This document shows, piece by piece, positions 10,007 through 21,074 of a stretch of DNA of 64,000 bases; the first letter of the stretch is position 1, and each line of letters begins with the position of its first letter. The notes under the pieces are model-generated. The model was not told the DNA's origin. It saw nothing but the letters and a program-made list of their open reading frames with translations, and did not search any database. Made by a program: the position numbers and the translations under genes. This stretch comes from Candidatus Latescibacterota bacterium (GTDB lineage: Bacteria > Latescibacterota > CBDEFO01). The DNA lies in the NCBI GenBank assembly GCA_965237525.1, contig CBDEFO010000008.1, positions 864,001 through 928,000 of the forward strand, given 5' to 3'.

Positions 10007-13000
10007 CTATTCTGCCTGTACTGTGTTTACAGCCTTTTTCCGCCGGATACTCCATCCTTTCCAGACCATATAGATTGCTGGGATAACCACCAACGTAAGA
10101 GCAGTTGAAGTCACCATCCCGCCTACCATCGGGGCGGCTATCCGCTTCATCACATCAGCGCCTGCGCCGGTGCTCCACATAATGGGAAAGAGACCCGCCA
10201 TAATCGCTGAGACCGTCATCATCTTTGGCCGGACCCGCTGCACTGCCCCCTCGATCACGGCATCGTAGAGATCCTGCATTGTGGACATCTTTCCAGAGTC
10301 TCTGCGTCGGTTGTAAGCCTCATCCAGAAAGACTATCATCACGACTCCGGTCTCAGCAGCCACACCGGACAAGGCTATAATGCCCACCCAGACTGCTACA
10401 GACAGATTATATCCTAAAAGAAACAAAAGCCATATACCTCCTACGAGGGAAAACGGCACAGAGAGCATCACTATGAGGCTTTCTGTCACCGACTTAAAGT
10501 TTAGATAAAGCAGGAAAAAGATGATGAATACTGTAAAGGGCACCATGATCTTGAGCCGCTCTTTTGCCCGCTCCATATACTGGAACTGACCTCCCCAGGA
10601 GAGGCGGTATCCGGTCGGGATAGTGACCTGTTTCTCTATAACCTGTTTTGCCTCCTGAACGTAGTCTCCTAATGGTCTTCCTGCGACATCCACAAAGACA
10701 AGACCGACAAGCTGAGCATCTTCATCCCGGATCTGTGGGGGGCCGGTAGTAGTCCGAATGTCGGCTAATTGAGCCATAGGCACATGAGTGCCGGTCGGCG
10801 TTGGCACAAGTATCCGTTTGAGTTGATCTATATCGTCCCGCAGTTCCCTTGCGTAGCGGACATTGATTGGGTATCGCTCCCGCCCTTCAATCGTAGTAGA
10901 GACGTTCATCCCACCTATAGCTGTCTGGATGATGTCCTGAACATCCCCCACAGTAAGCCCATATCGGGAGGCCTCTTTTCTGTTCACCTCAAAGTCTACA
11001 AAATATCCTCCGGTCACGCGCTCGGCAAAGACGCTTCGGGTTCCAGCAAGAGATGACAAGGCACTCTCAATATCCAGACCGATCCTTTCGATGGTCTTAA
11101 GATCTGATCCAAATATTTTGATCCCCAAAGGGCTTCTGATTCCAGTGGCCAGCATCTCAGTTCTTGTCTGAATTGGCATCCACCAGATGTTAGGCATGCC
11201 AGGGAACTGAAGGACTTTGTCCATCTCCCCAATTAGATCGTTCCAGGAAATAGGTCGCTCCTCAGGCCAGAATCGGTCGAGAGCACTTCTAAGAAAGCCA
11301 GGAGCCCACGCTGACCACCAGCGCTCCTTTCGGACGGTGCGCCATTCTTCCTCTGGTTTTAATGTCACCGTCGTCTCCACCATCGAAAGAGGCGCAGGGT
11401 CAGTCGGTGTCCTTGCACGGCCTATCTTCCCGAAGACCCTTTCTACCTCAGGAAACTGTGAAATAATCTTATCCTGTGTGTGCAACACTTTTGCTGCTTC
11501 GGTAATTGACATGCCGGGAACCGATGTGGGCATGTAGAGGATCGAACCCTCATTTAGAGGCGGCATGAACTCAGAGCCCAGGCGCACAAATGCCGGAATA
11601 GTGAAGATTAAGATCAAGATCGCCAGAGCGATCACGCTCTTTCTAAATCGGAGGACAAGCCTAACTATTGGATTGTAGAGCCAGATCAAGGCCCTGGAGA
11701 TGGGATTTCTGGCCTCTGGAATAATTTTGCCACGGATTAACAAAACCATTAACACTGCAGCTAAAGTGATCGAAAGGATTGAGGCGAAGAACATCGCAAA
11801 GGTCTTCGTGTAGGCTAAAGGCCTGAAGAGTCGTCCCTCCTGAGCCTCCAAGGTAAATACCGGAATGAAAGACACAGTGATGATCAAGAGTGAGAAGAAC
11901 AGAGGCTTGCCAACCTCCTTAGCCGCTCCCACAATCACTTCAAAGCGACTGCTTTGACGGCCGTCGCTTTCCCACTGCTCCAAACGCTTGTGGGCATTTT
12001 CTATCATCACGATAGCCGCATCAACCATGGCTCCAATGGCAATAGCGATGCCACCCAAGGACATGATGTTGGATGTCAGCTTCATATAATACATCGGGAT
12101 AAACGCCATTAAGATGGCTATGGGGAGGGTTAAGATTGCGACCAAGGAGCTTCTAAAATGGAAAAGAAAGAGAATGCAGACCAGGCTTACGATGATGCTT
12201 TCTTCTATCAACTTCTCTTTGAGTGTTTCGATGGCCCTGTGGATAAGATCGCTCCTATCGTAGGTTGTAACGATCTTAACACCTTCTGGAAGAGACGGTT
12301 CGATCTCCACGATCTTACGCTTTATGCGGTCTATCACATCCAGGGCGTTCTCACCATAGCGCATTACGACAATGCCGCCGACAGTCTCTCCCACTCCGTC
12401 CAGTTCTGCCAATCCCCGGCGCATATCCGGCCCTAAGTGAACCTCTGCTATGTCTTTGACGTAAAGAGGCGTCCCATTGCCATCTGTCCCAAGGGGGATA
12501 TAATTGATGTCCTCCACAGATGTGATGTAGCCTCTGCCACGGACCATGTGCTCTGTCCCTGCCACCTCGATAACCCGGCCTCCCACATCGTTATTGCTCC
12601 GACGGATTGCCTCGATCACCTTCTGGATGGGAATATTGTATGCCAAAAGCGCGTTAGGATCCAAGTCCACCTGATACTGTTTGACAAACCCTCCGATGCT
12701 GGCCACTTCAGCCACACCGGGCACTGCTTCCAGCCAGTACTTTAAATACCAGTCCTGGAATGAACGTAATTGGGCCAGGTTATGTCTTCCGCTTTCATCC
12801 ACCAGGGCGTATTCATAGACCCAGCCAACACCTGTGGCGTCAGGACCTAATGTTGGTGTGACACCTTCAGGAAGCTGTCCGCCTACCTCGTTCATATACT
12901 CCAGCACCCGACTCCTGGCCCAGTACATATCGGTGCCGTCCTCGAATATGACATAGACGAAAGATAGCCCAAAGAAAGATTGGCCCCTGACGAACTTAAC

Positions 13001-13234
13001 GTTTGGGGCAGCTAACATAGTAGTGATAATCGGATAGGTAATCTGGTCTTCCATAAGGTCCGGGCTCCTGCCTGGCCATTCAGTAAAGACTATCACCTGT
13101 ACATCTGAAAGATCGGGAATGGCATCCAACGGGACATTTAAAAGTGCCCAGACACCCCAGGCTGAGATGAACAGAACTACGATCAACACCAGGAGTCTGT
13201 TCTTAGCACTGTATTCAATAATCTTTTCTATCAT
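10007..13234 (-). CDS. cusA: CusA/SilA-family heavy-metal RND efflux permease
   Basis: LDAIPDLSDVQV, YWARSRVLEY, LGPDATGVGW, AIGAMVDAAIV, TDPAPLSM, RVRPKMMT motifs; 1075 aa. Confidence 0.95.
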   Translation of the reverse strand: MIEKIIEYSAKNRLLVLIVVLFISAWGVWALLNVPLDAIPDLSDVQVIVFTEWPGRSPDLMEDQITYPIITTMLAAPNVKFVRGQSFFGLSFVYVIFEDGTDMYWARSRVLEYMNEVGGQLPEGVTPTLGPDATGVGWVYEYALVDESGRHNLAQLRSFQDWYLKYWLEAVPGVAEVASIGGFVKQYQVDLDPNALLAYNIPIQKVIEAIRRSNNDVGGRVIEVAGTEHMVRGRGYITSVEDINYIPLGTDGNGTPLYVKDIAEVHLGPDMRRGLAELDGVGETVGGIVVMRYGENALDVIDRIKRKIVEIEPSLPEGVKIVTTYDRSDLIHRAIETLKEKLIEESIIVSLVCILFLFHFRSSLVAILTLPIAILMAFIPMYYMKLTSNIMSLGGIAIAIGAMVDAAIVMIENAHKRLEQWESDGRQSSRFEVIVGAAKEVGKPLFFSLLIITVSFIPVFTLEAQEGRLFRPLAYTKTFAMFFASILSITLAAVLMVLLIRGKIIPEARNPISRALIWLYNPIVRLVLRFRKSVIALAILILIFTIPAFVRLGSEFMPPLNEGSILYMPTSVPGMSITEAAKVLHTQDKIISQFPEVERVFGKIGRARTPTDPAPLSMVETTVTLKPEEEWRTVRKERWWSAWAPGFLRSALDRFWPEERPISWNDLIGEMDKVLQFPGMPNIWWMPIQTRTEMLATGIRSPLGIKIFGSDLKTIERIGLDIESALSSLAGTRSVFAERVTGGYFVDFEVNRKEASRYGLTVGDVQDIIQTAIGGMNVSTTIEGRERYPINVRYARELRDDIDQLKRILVPTPTGTHVPMAQLADIRTTTGPPQIRDEDAQLVGLVFVDVAGRPLGDYVQEAKQVIEKQVTIPTGYRLSWGGQFQYMERAKERLKIMVPFTVFIIFFLLYLNFKSVTESLIVMLSVPFSLVGGIWLLFLLGYNLSVAVWVGIIALSGVAAETGVVMIVFLDEAYNRRRDSGKMSTMQDLYDAVIEGAVQRVRPKMMTVSAIMAGLFPIMWSTGAGADVMKRIAAPMVGGMVTSTALTLVVIPAIYMVWKGWSIRRKKAVNTVQAE

Positions 13235-13249
13235 GTCAGTCTCCCCTTA

Positions 13250-14653
13250 CTACTCGTATTGTGAGGCCATCCCGCTTATGGCCGACTTGAGCTTGCTTTC
13301 AGAATCTATCAGGAAGTTGCCAGAGGTCACCACTCTTTCTCCATCCTCTACGCCTGCAAGGACGTGGTAATAGTCCTCCACCTTTGCTCCCAGTGTTACC
13401 TCTCTGGGCTGGAACCGACCACTGCCCATATCCACAAAGACGATTCGACGCCTGCCAGAGTACAAAACTGAACTTTCAGGAACAGCGATCTGTTCTCCAA
13501 GATCGACCTTCAACCCTACATTGACATACATACCAGGCCGCAGTTGAAGATCAAGGTTTGGAAATATCAACCTCACCTTCGCTGTTCGGGTCTTTGTCTC
13601 TAAATAGGGATAGATGTAATCTACATTACCTTCAAAAGTCCGACCAGGATTGTAGGATAAGGTCATAGTTGCCGCCAGACCTTCTCTGACCAGGGCGAGT
13701 TCATACTCATAGAGGTCAGCATAGACCCAGATAGTAGATAGGTCAGCGATGCGATACAGTTGCATCCCTGGATTGACGTACATCCCCTCCACCGCCATCT
13801 TCTCGACAACAACTCCAGTTGATGGGGAGTAGATAGTAATAAAGGTCTGCGGTTCTCCTGCCTCTCTTAATGTGAGGATCTGAGCCTCTGTCAGATCCCA
13901 AAGGAGCAGACGACGCTTGGCGGCGGATACGAGAGACTCTGTCTTTTGGATCGCCTCTTTCTGCACCAGAGCCGCTGTAACAGGATACCCCGAGGGATTA
14001 GAAAGTAGCAATGCTGTTTCTTCTTCTGTAACAAATCGTCTTAGCTTTTCCAGAGTTTCCAAAGCTAAGATATATTCCTCCTGGGTGGAGACTAACTCCG
14101 GGCTGTAGAGGTCAAAGAGAGGCTGGCCTTTTTCTATCAACTTACCCGTATAGTCCGCGTAGAGCTTCTGAATCCATCCTGTGATCTTCAGGTTAACATC
14201 AGAAAGTTTCGTCTCGTCGTAGACCACCCGTCCCACTGTGCGGAGGGTTTTTTCCATGGGTCGCCGTTCCACCTGTGCTGTGGTCACCCCAATAAGCTGC
14301 TGCTTCCAGGGAGTCAACTGCACAGAGCCGGGAACAGTTTGCAAAGAGGCAGGCTGGGACACGGGCTGAGTGGCCGGTGGAGCAGTCTTTTCAACCAGCA
14401 CCAGTTCCATCCCGCAGCTGGGACAGTCATCTGGATGATTCTGTACCACCTGAGGATGCATCGGACACTGATATACTTCGGCGCTTTCAGCTTCTCCTTC
14501 GAGATATTGAGAAGCCTGCCCCGAATTGATTCTATTGGGGGCCTGCCCCGGTAGAAACCACTGCAAAAACATTCCTCTATACATCCAGGAGGTGACGCCG
14601 ACGACCGCAATCAGGACAGCCGGGACGATATAGCGTTTCACACTTACTATCAT
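13250..14653 (-). CDS. cusB: CusB-family RND membrane fusion protein with N-terminal heavy-metal-binding (YxCPMHP) domain
   Basis: YQCPMHPQ...CPSCGMEL, YSPELVSTQEEY, IADLSTIWV, VVTSGNFLIDSES. Confidence 0.92.
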   Translation of the reverse strand: MIVSVKRYIVPAVLIAVVGVTSWMYRGMFLQWFLPGQAPNRINSGQASQYLEGEAESAEVYQCPMHPQVVQNHPDDCPSCGMELVLVEKTAPPATQPVSQPASLQTVPGSVQLTPWKQQLIGVTTAQVERRPMEKTLRTVGRVVYDETKLSDVNLKITGWIQKLYADYTGKLIEKGQPLFDLYSPELVSTQEEYILALETLEKLRRFVTEEETALLLSNPSGYPVTAALVQKEAIQKTESLVSAAKRRLLLWDLTEAQILTLREAGEPQTFITIYSPSTGVVVEKMAVEGMYVNPGMQLYRIADLSTIWVYADLYEYELALVREGLAATMTLSYNPGRTFEGNVDYIYPYLETKTRTAKVRLIFPNLDLQLRPGMYVNVGLKVDLGEQIAVPESSVLYSGRRRIVFVDMGSGRFQPREVTLGAKVEDYYHVLAGVEDGERVVTSGNFLIDSESKLKSAISGMASQYE

Positions 14654-15228
14654 TTTCCCTTTCTCCTTTGCTTTCAACTCTATATCTTGTTGAGATCAGC
14701 TCCTACAGCCCGCTCCAAGTCGGCGAGGCCCTTCTCAAAATCCACGAGCGACCGGTAGTAGGCCAGTTCAAATTTGAGCAATATGCGCTCGCTGTCGATT
14801 AGATTGAGGAAAGAAGCCCTGCCAGTTCGGTAGGAGGCTGTCACTGCCTCCAAGGTCTGCTGTGCCTGAGGGAGGATAACGTCCCTGTAAAGCTTTATTT
14901 CACTCTCTGCTACCTGAACATCGATGAGGGCATCTTCTACTTCGTAGAGGATATGATTTTTCAGATCCTCATAGGCTGAGTTTGACAACCTCTCTTCAAT
15001 TTTCGCCTCCTTCAACCTGGCGTCGTGCCTGCCCTTTGACCAGAAGGCTAAGGGGATCTTGGCCTCCACCATCAACATCCAGCGGTTCAGATTATCCTGA
15101 ACGTTCCAGTAGGCTACATCTATCATAAAGTCTGGATAATACTCCTTCCGAGCCAATTTCTGATCCGTTCGGCTCCTCTGGACGGCAATCTGGATCACCT
15201 TCAACTCCGGTCTGTTGTCAAGGGCTAC

Positions 15229-16532
15229 CGGTTGAATATCAAATGAAATCGGTGCAACTAATTTGATCTTTGTTTAGAGTATTAGTAGATTAAGTTGAGT
15301 TGATTGTCTTAACTTTAATCTACGGAGTCCTATGGACAAAGAGAGATTGGCCGTATTAAGACAAGAAGTCAACGAGATGTATTTTAAGAAAGAAATGTCA
15401 AAGCGAGAAGTTATCAAACAAGCGAGAGTTTCCAATGATTTCGTTACGGCTTGGACTAAATCTCTGGATCAGGATTTTGCCATGGATAATCGGGGTTGGC
15501 CAAAAGGAAAAAGGCGAAAATTGGCTAAAGTTGACGAACAGAGAATCAAAGAGATTTACCATAGCTTAGAGGACGATCCTTATCAGTTCTATTCAGGAGC
15601 CACTGTTATTGAACAAGAATGGAGGAATCGATATTCTAGCACCCCTCCTCCGTCGTTGCCGACTATCGGCAGAATGCTTTCAGATTTAGGACTTTCCCAG
15701 AGAAGGAAGAAAGGTAAAAACAAGGGTGCATCTCGTTATCTTTGTTATCCAGAGTATACCATTTACTATCTTTCAGGAGGCAGAGTCCTAGAATCAGACT
15801 TTATTGGTAAAAAGTATCTTACCGGCAGAACTGAGCCGGTCAACTTCGTTGGATTTTCCTTTAAGAAAGAGCCTAAGTTAAGGTATTTTCGGCGGGTTGA
15901 CGGTCAAACAGCAACTAACTTTATCGAGAAGTGTCAGTCTTTCTTTGACAGGTTTGAAAAACCAGATTTCGTTAAGGTGGACAATTGCTCGGCGACTATT
16001 GGCAGTGTTTCAGGTAAAAGGAATGTCAGCAAAGCAATGCAGTTTCTCTTGAAAAATCAAGTGATTCCGATATTTGCCGTTCCCAGAAGGCCCTTTTCTC
16101 AAGCATCTATAGAAGGCAACAATTCTGTATTTTCAAGGAAGTTCTGGAACAGAATTCAGTTCAAAAGCTTACAAGAAGTTGATCAGAAGTTAGAATGGTT
16201 TAATCTTTCATCACAGAGATACACCGGCTACCGTCCACCTAAGCAAGAGAAGTCAAACGAGAAAGATTTCATTCCCAAGACCTATTTTATCAGACAAGTC
16301 AAACAGGACACAGAACAGACAGATAAAGCCTTTATCGATGTCCTAAATGAGAAAGTATCTCTTCCCTCCTCTTACACCAACTACTTTGTCCTGGCTGAAT
16401 GGAACCTAAAAGAAGAACAATTATACATCCATTTTGAAAAAGAACAGAAACCAAAGATTGTCGAAAACCTATCATTCAAGATCAATCAAAGATCGAAAGA
16501 GAAGTGCACCGATTTCATTTGATAAATAACCG
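15229..16532 (+). mobile_element. Insertion sequence, 1304 bp, family uncertain (rve-type DDE)
   Basis: Imperfect IRs CGGTTGAATATCAAATGAAATCGGTGCA / TGCACCGATTTCATTTGATAAATAACCG; 4-bp direct repeat CTAC at 15225-15228 and 16533-16536; more AT-rich than the host gene. Confidence 0.92.
15332..16522 (+). CDS. Integrase-core (rve/DDE) transposase, 396 aa
   Basis: N-terminal HTH-like region, PSLPTIGRML, ESDFIG, VKVDN, RRPFSQASIEGNN (D-D-E spacing); fills the IS. Confidence 0.85.
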   Translation: MDKERLAVLRQEVNEMYFKKEMSKREVIKQARVSNDFVTAWTKSLDQDFAMDNRGWPKGKRRKLAKVDEQRIKEIYHSLEDDPYQFYSGATVIEQEWRNRYSSTPPPSLPTIGRMLSDLGLSQRRKKGKNKGASRYLCYPEYTIYYLSGGRVLESDFIGKKYLTGRTEPVNFVGFSFKKEPKLRYFRRVDGQTATNFIEKCQSFFDRFEKPDFVKVDNCSATIGSVSGKRNVSKAMQFLLKNQVIPIFAVPRRPFSQASIEGNNSVFSRKFWNRIQFKSLQEVDQKLEWFNLSSQRYTGYRPPKQEKSNEKDFIPKTYFIRQVKQDTEQTDKAFIDVLNEKVSLPSSYTNYFVLAEWNLKEEQLYIHFEKEQKPKIVENLSFKINQRSKEKCTDFI

Positions 16533-17483
16533 CTACCTTCTGAAGATCTTCCAATGTCTGAGGTACCTTCAGAGCCTCACATTCCTCAGGAGTCCCCAGG
16601 GGAGTCTGAGGAGGGCGGTTCAAGAGAGTGTTCAGCTTCGCCTCGGTCGCCCTTTGCTTCTGCACGAGCACGAGCACCTCTTTAGACAGGTCGGACACCT
16701 CCACAAGGGCCTTCAACACGTCACCTTGAGAGACAGTGCCGGAGGTGTATTTTGTCTCGGCTATCTTTGAGAAATCCCGCGTTAGGTCCAGATGCTTCTG
16801 TCGGATCTCGATGGCTTTATGAATCAGGAACAGTTCATAATAGGCGGACTTTACCTGCCTTATGATCTCCTGTCTTGCCGCTTGATACTGCAACTGGGCC
16901 ATCTGCGCCTCAAAAGAGGCAATCTTCCCCCGAAGGGAGAGCTTTCCCGGAAAGGGTAACCGCTGCTTGACACCGAGCCATACCTCCCGAGCTTCAAAAG
17001 GATCTGGTGTCGTCCCGGGCACCGCCCAGAACATCGTATAGAAACTTGGGTCGTCCAGCGAGCTTACCTGTGGTTCCTTTTCTAGGGCACTTTCCCACCG
17101 ATATTTCGCTGTTGAAAGACGGGGATTTTCCTCCAATGCCACCTGAATTATTACATCCAACACCAGGTGTTGATCCCTGTCCGTCTCCGCTGATATAGGG
17201 ACACCCAGGGCAAGGACCAAACAGATATTTAGTACGATAACCAAAATATGTCTCCAGCTTATCGGCATGAAGCCACCTCCAAATCTATCAGAAATATCAA
17301 GCAAAAACAGATGATAGCCCTAACGATCATAGACCACCGTTAAATCCGTTAGGGAACAATCTGCCTTTTATGACAACGAATGCACTGAGGATTTCAATAC
17401 GGAATAGAAAGGGACTCAGCCACAGATAGAGGATGTCGTCTGTCAATCAGGCTGATTTAAGGAAAGAAATTACAAGGGTAGGT

Positions 17484-17888
17484 TCAAATTAGATAGGCTT
17501 CGTGCAGAAGATAGAGTGCGGGCGAGGAACTATTCCTCTTTGGGGTAATCCAGATAAGAGAACCGGGTTTAGCGTTAGCGTTCTGAAAGATGCAGGGAGG
17601 AAAGAGTGCGACACTCTGAGTTCCAGAAAGTTTTACGGTGTTCGCAGGACGAATACTGTCAGGCGGGGTCTCCTTCTGTGCAAAGGAGAAGCGAACTTCA
17701 CAGCAGCAATCCTTAAGGCGAGAAAGATCGCAGTCTGGGATGCCAGAAACGCTAAGGCAGCAGCACTTGTGAGGCTGCATAGCGCTCATAGCAGGGTTCT
17801 CTTTGCACACCAGCGTAACTTCAGCAGCTACAGGGGGCAGGTTAATCAATATGAAGATAAGTAAAGATGTGAGAAACTTTGTAACCAC
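17484..17888 (-). CDS. Small Cys-rich exported protein upstream of cus operon
   Basis: Signal-like N-terminus, CCC / CC motifs, C-terminal PALYLLHEAYLI similar to leaders of metal-efflux operons. Confidence 0.5.
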   Translation of the reverse strand: MVTKFLTSLLIFILINLPPVAAEVTLVCKENPAMSAMQPHKCCCLSVSGIPDCDLSRLKDCCCEVRFSFAQKETPPDSIRPANTVKLSGTQSVALFPPCIFQNANAKPGSLIWITPKRNSSSPALYLLHEAYLI

Positions 17889-18437
17889 AGAAATATATCC
17901 CTCAATTAACTCATGTACAAATGGATTTCATTACATTACCTATAACGCTCAAAAAGGACGCAAGTTCCTCAGTTTTTCTGCTGAAGTTGTTGCGCAAGCT
18001 GCGCCTTTAGAAGCTCGAGCTCCTTCTCGGCATTGGAACAACCAAACTGTAGCATGCATAGAGGAACGACAGCGATTAAAAGAGTACGGGAAACCATAGG
18101 AAGTTCTCCTTTCTTGAAAAGCTGTGATGAATTTACTTACGCGGCCTAAACTAAGATCATCTCTTACAGGCTTCTCCTTTCTACGACCCCGGCAATTTCG
18201 CCAACGATCAGCATTGCAGAAGGGGTCAAGCTTGATAGTCGAACTAAGTATCAGGTCAAAATAGTCTCGACAAGATTATAGAGATCCAAAATAGTAGACC
18301 GCATACAAGGAAGTAAGGTGTCCTGTCTACTGTCTATGAGATTTTTCGCTTTGCTCTCAATCACGTTGGTTGGCTTCAACCTTCAGTCCTTGCAAGGGGT
18401 GAAACCCCGAAGCAATCTCATATGTCCACTAACTTAA

Positions 18438-19956
18438 AAGCCTTGTGAAAAACCCTTAGATTCAGAAAGTAGTATAGAACAAGCATTGATAAAGCAGTTC
18501 CGATGTATTATATTATGTTATTGATAATATTATACATGGAGGAAACAATGACCCCACAAAAGCAGGAACAGACAAATCCGATGTTTCACTATTTTCAGAT
18601 GGAGGATTTAGTTCCCGAGGATCATATCCTTCGTCAGATTGATGAGGCAGTTGATTTTTCATTTGTACGAGACGTTGTATCAGATTGTTATTGCCCTGAC
18701 AATGGCAGACCCGGTATTGATCCTGAATTAGTTGTTCGAATGATCCTTATTGGCTATCTGTATAATTTGAGTGAGAATCGGCTCTGTCAGGAAGTGGGGA
18801 TGCATGCGGCATATCGGTTGTTTTGTCATCAGACATTTGATGATGCGGTTCCGGATAGGAGCACGATCAACAAGCTTCGCAATCACAAGTGGGCATCCAG
18901 TGGGTTGTTTGAACGGATAATGCGTCAGGTAGTCCAGTGTTGCATAGATGTCGGTCTTGTGAGCGGTAAACACCTTAGTGTCGACGGCACTCAGATACAA
19001 GCTGATGCTTCAGTGAAAAGTATTGAGCCGATAGAACCCCCTGTTTCTCTTGATGATTATCTCAAGGGAATCGGTTTTGAAGGTGATAAGACAAAGGGTA
19101 GGTCCGGGCATCCTCAGGATAAAGACTTTCATGGTGAAAAGTGGACGAACCAAACACACCGTTCGACTACAGACCCCGACGCGCGCTTATACAGCAAATC
19201 GAAGGGCAAAGGGGCTTTTCTCTCGTTTATGGGCCATGATCTGATCGACACAAAAAGCAGAGTAATCCTTGAGACTCAGGGCACGCAGGCGGCAGGGACA
19301 GCAGAGCCCGAAAGTGCCCTTAAGATGGTAGATGACCTTGAAACATACACCATGCCCAAAGACATTCAGACACTTAGTGCCGATACCGGTTACGGTTCTG
19401 GTAATTTTATCGCTGATGTACTTGACCGGGGAATCATACCCCATATTCCTCTGCGAGCCGATGAGAAGATTGAACCGATTCCTACATGGAAAAACAAGAC
19501 AAATTCAGCACATATTCAGGCCGAACGGGATAGAAAAGTGCGAGAGGCGAAAGCCAGAAATCATGCACGGTCTATCTCATTAACAGCTGACTACAAACTC
19601 TCCCGGAGACTCCGTAAACGCAGTGAACATATCTTTGCTGAAGCCAGGCAACAACACGGTATGGGACGAGCCCGTTATAGAGGACCAGCCTCACTGAATG
19701 AACAGTTGAATCTTGTTGCAACAGTACAGAATCTCAAGAGGCTTGTATCTTTCATAAGAAGGGGGAAAGCGTCTATGTGTGCCCTGTCTGTCAAAGACAG
19801 TGCATCCTGTTCTTCAAACAGCTCCTGTTCCTTGCTGACCAGAACTCTGATAAGACTATTTTGCTTATTCCACAGCAAAACGATACGATATGCTACTCTT
19901 TGACCCATAATCGGCGCTTCAGACGCTGCCTGGGACATAACTATTTCACAAGGCTT
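18438..19956 (+). mobile_element. IS1182-family insertion sequence (copy 3, 1519 bp) with TTAA target duplication
   Basis: Same IRs as copy 2; TTAA at 18434-18437 and 19957-19960. Confidence 0.93.
18548..19903 (+). CDS. IS1182-family DDE transposase
   Basis: Identical to 7523-8878 apart from 5 visible amino-acid changes. Confidence 0.92.
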   Translation: MTPQKQEQTNPMFHYFQMEDLVPEDHILRQIDEAVDFSFVRDVVSDCYCPDNGRPGIDPELVVRMILIGYLYNLSENRLCQEVGMHAAYRLFCHQTFDDAVPDRSTINKLRNHKWASSGLFERIMRQVVQCCIDVGLVSGKHLSVDGTQIQADASVKSIEPIEPPVSLDDYLKGIGFEGDKTKGRSGHPQDKDFHGEKWTNQTHRSTTDPDARLYSKSKGKGAFLSFMGHDLIDTKSRVILETQGTQAAGTAEPESALKMVDDLETYTMPKDIQTLSADTGYGSGNFIADVLDRGIIPHIPLRADEKIEPIPTWKNKTNSAHIQAERDRKVREAKARNHARSISLTADYKLSRRLRKRSEHIFAEARQQHGMGRARYRGPASLNEQLNLVATVQNLKRLVSFIRRGKASMCALSVKDSASCSSNSSCSLLTRTLIRLFCLFHSKTIRYATL

Positions 19957-20075
19957 TTAATATATCCAACGAGTTTTGTCAAGCTACGTAATAGTCGATT
20001 TTCTCAAAAAAGTCAACCGAAAAGAGCACGGCCATTTGGGGGGAGGATGAGTCTATTCGTGAGGTGTCGCAGAGC

Positions 20076-20969
20076 TCAGTCGTGGTGTTTCTCCTCCTTA
20101 TGGCCGCCTTCTTCATAGTGTCCCTTCTCGTGCGCCTTTTCCTCCACCTCCTTCTTCGGATATTGAAACGTCAGCTTGCCGATCTTCTTCCCGCTAACGG
20201 TGAGATCAGCCAGGGCCTTGAAAGACTTGACTTCCTTGAGATTCACTCTAGCAGCGAGGTAGGAAACAGCCGCTTCTTCATGCTCCTCCCCATGGTGACC
20301 CTCCTTCCTATGCTGTTCTCCCTGATGGAGTGACCCTTCCGCGCTCTCGGCTACAGACAGTTTCAGGCTCTTGGTTGCCCCGTCTGCAAATGTCAAATGC
20401 ACCACCCCCGAGGCCTCGGCCGCGGAGAGGGAATTCATAGCTTTATCGTATAGGTAGAACCTGATCTCTCCTTCAGCCGAATCGGCGACGAACTCTGCAT
20501 GATAATTGCCGGCAGAGAGAACGTCTCCACCGTGCGGCGAGGTGTGAGGGTGCTCTTTCGGCTTCGTGTAGGGAAAGCGCCCAGGCAGGATCTTCCCCTC
20601 GATCTTGAGCCTGACCACGGCGACGAACTGCTCCACCCCCTTCAGGTCCACCGCTCCGCTAAAGTGGTCCCCGGACGGGGATAGCGTTACAGTCTTTGTC
20701 CCCCTGCCCGGAATATGAAAGAAGACGCTGCCAGTTACATCCGAGATCGGAAGGGTCTGCTCCTTTTTGTCCAGCAAATAGATGTGCACAGCCTGATGCT
20801 CGACAACCATCTCATAGTGGTACTTTCCGACAGTGACGACCATGCCGCCGTGGTGCGACTTGTGGCCGTGTTCCTCCTGGGAGAGTGCCGGCGGTGCCTC
20901 CCAGAGTAGCGCAATCATCGCATACAGATTCAGGTGGAAGTTCCACTTGATGCCGATTCTTCTGCTCAT
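20076..20969 (-). CDS. His-rich periplasmic putative metal-binding protein (two repeated HGG...YHxE domains)
   Basis: HGHKSHHGG...YHYE and HPHTSPHGG...YHAE duplicated modules, His/Glu-rich linkers; last gene of czc-like operon. Confidence 0.65.
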   Translation of the reverse strand: MSRRIGIKWNFHLNLYAMIALLWEAPPALSQEEHGHKSHHGGMVVTVGKYHYEMVVEHQAVHIYLLDKKEQTLPISDVTGSVFFHIPGRGTKTVTLSPSGDHFSGAVDLKGVEQFVAVVRLKIEGKILPGRFPYTKPKEHPHTSPHGGDVLSAGNYHAEFVADSAEGEIRFYLYDKAMNSLSAAEASGVVHLTFADGATKSLKLSVAESAEGSLHQGEQHRKEGHHGEEHEEAAVSYLAARVNLKEVKSFKALADLTVSGKKIGKLTFQYPKKEVEEKAHEKGHYEEGGHKEEKHHD

Positions 20970-21074
20970 TGTTTTCTTCTCCTGTAGAAAAGGGTTTTGC
21001 CAGCTTTGAGGGAACATAGCGCTCATGTGTGCGCCTCTCCACATCGCATGCTAGCGTAGATGTTTCACACGTTT

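Larger units (their letters stand above)
14680..17268 (-). pseudogene. cusC: TolC/CusC-family outer membrane factor interrupted by an IS
   Basis: Removing 15229-16532 and one CTAC restores EDLQKVALDNRPELKVIQ in frame, joining ORFs 16486-17304 and 14680-15204. Confidence 0.9.

Noticed and set aside
7413..19956. Composite transposon carrying the cus operon between two same-orientation IS1182 copies
   Set aside because: Copy 3 has its own TTAA duplication on both sides and the outer flanks (TTCA / TTAA) do not match, so independent insertions are more likely
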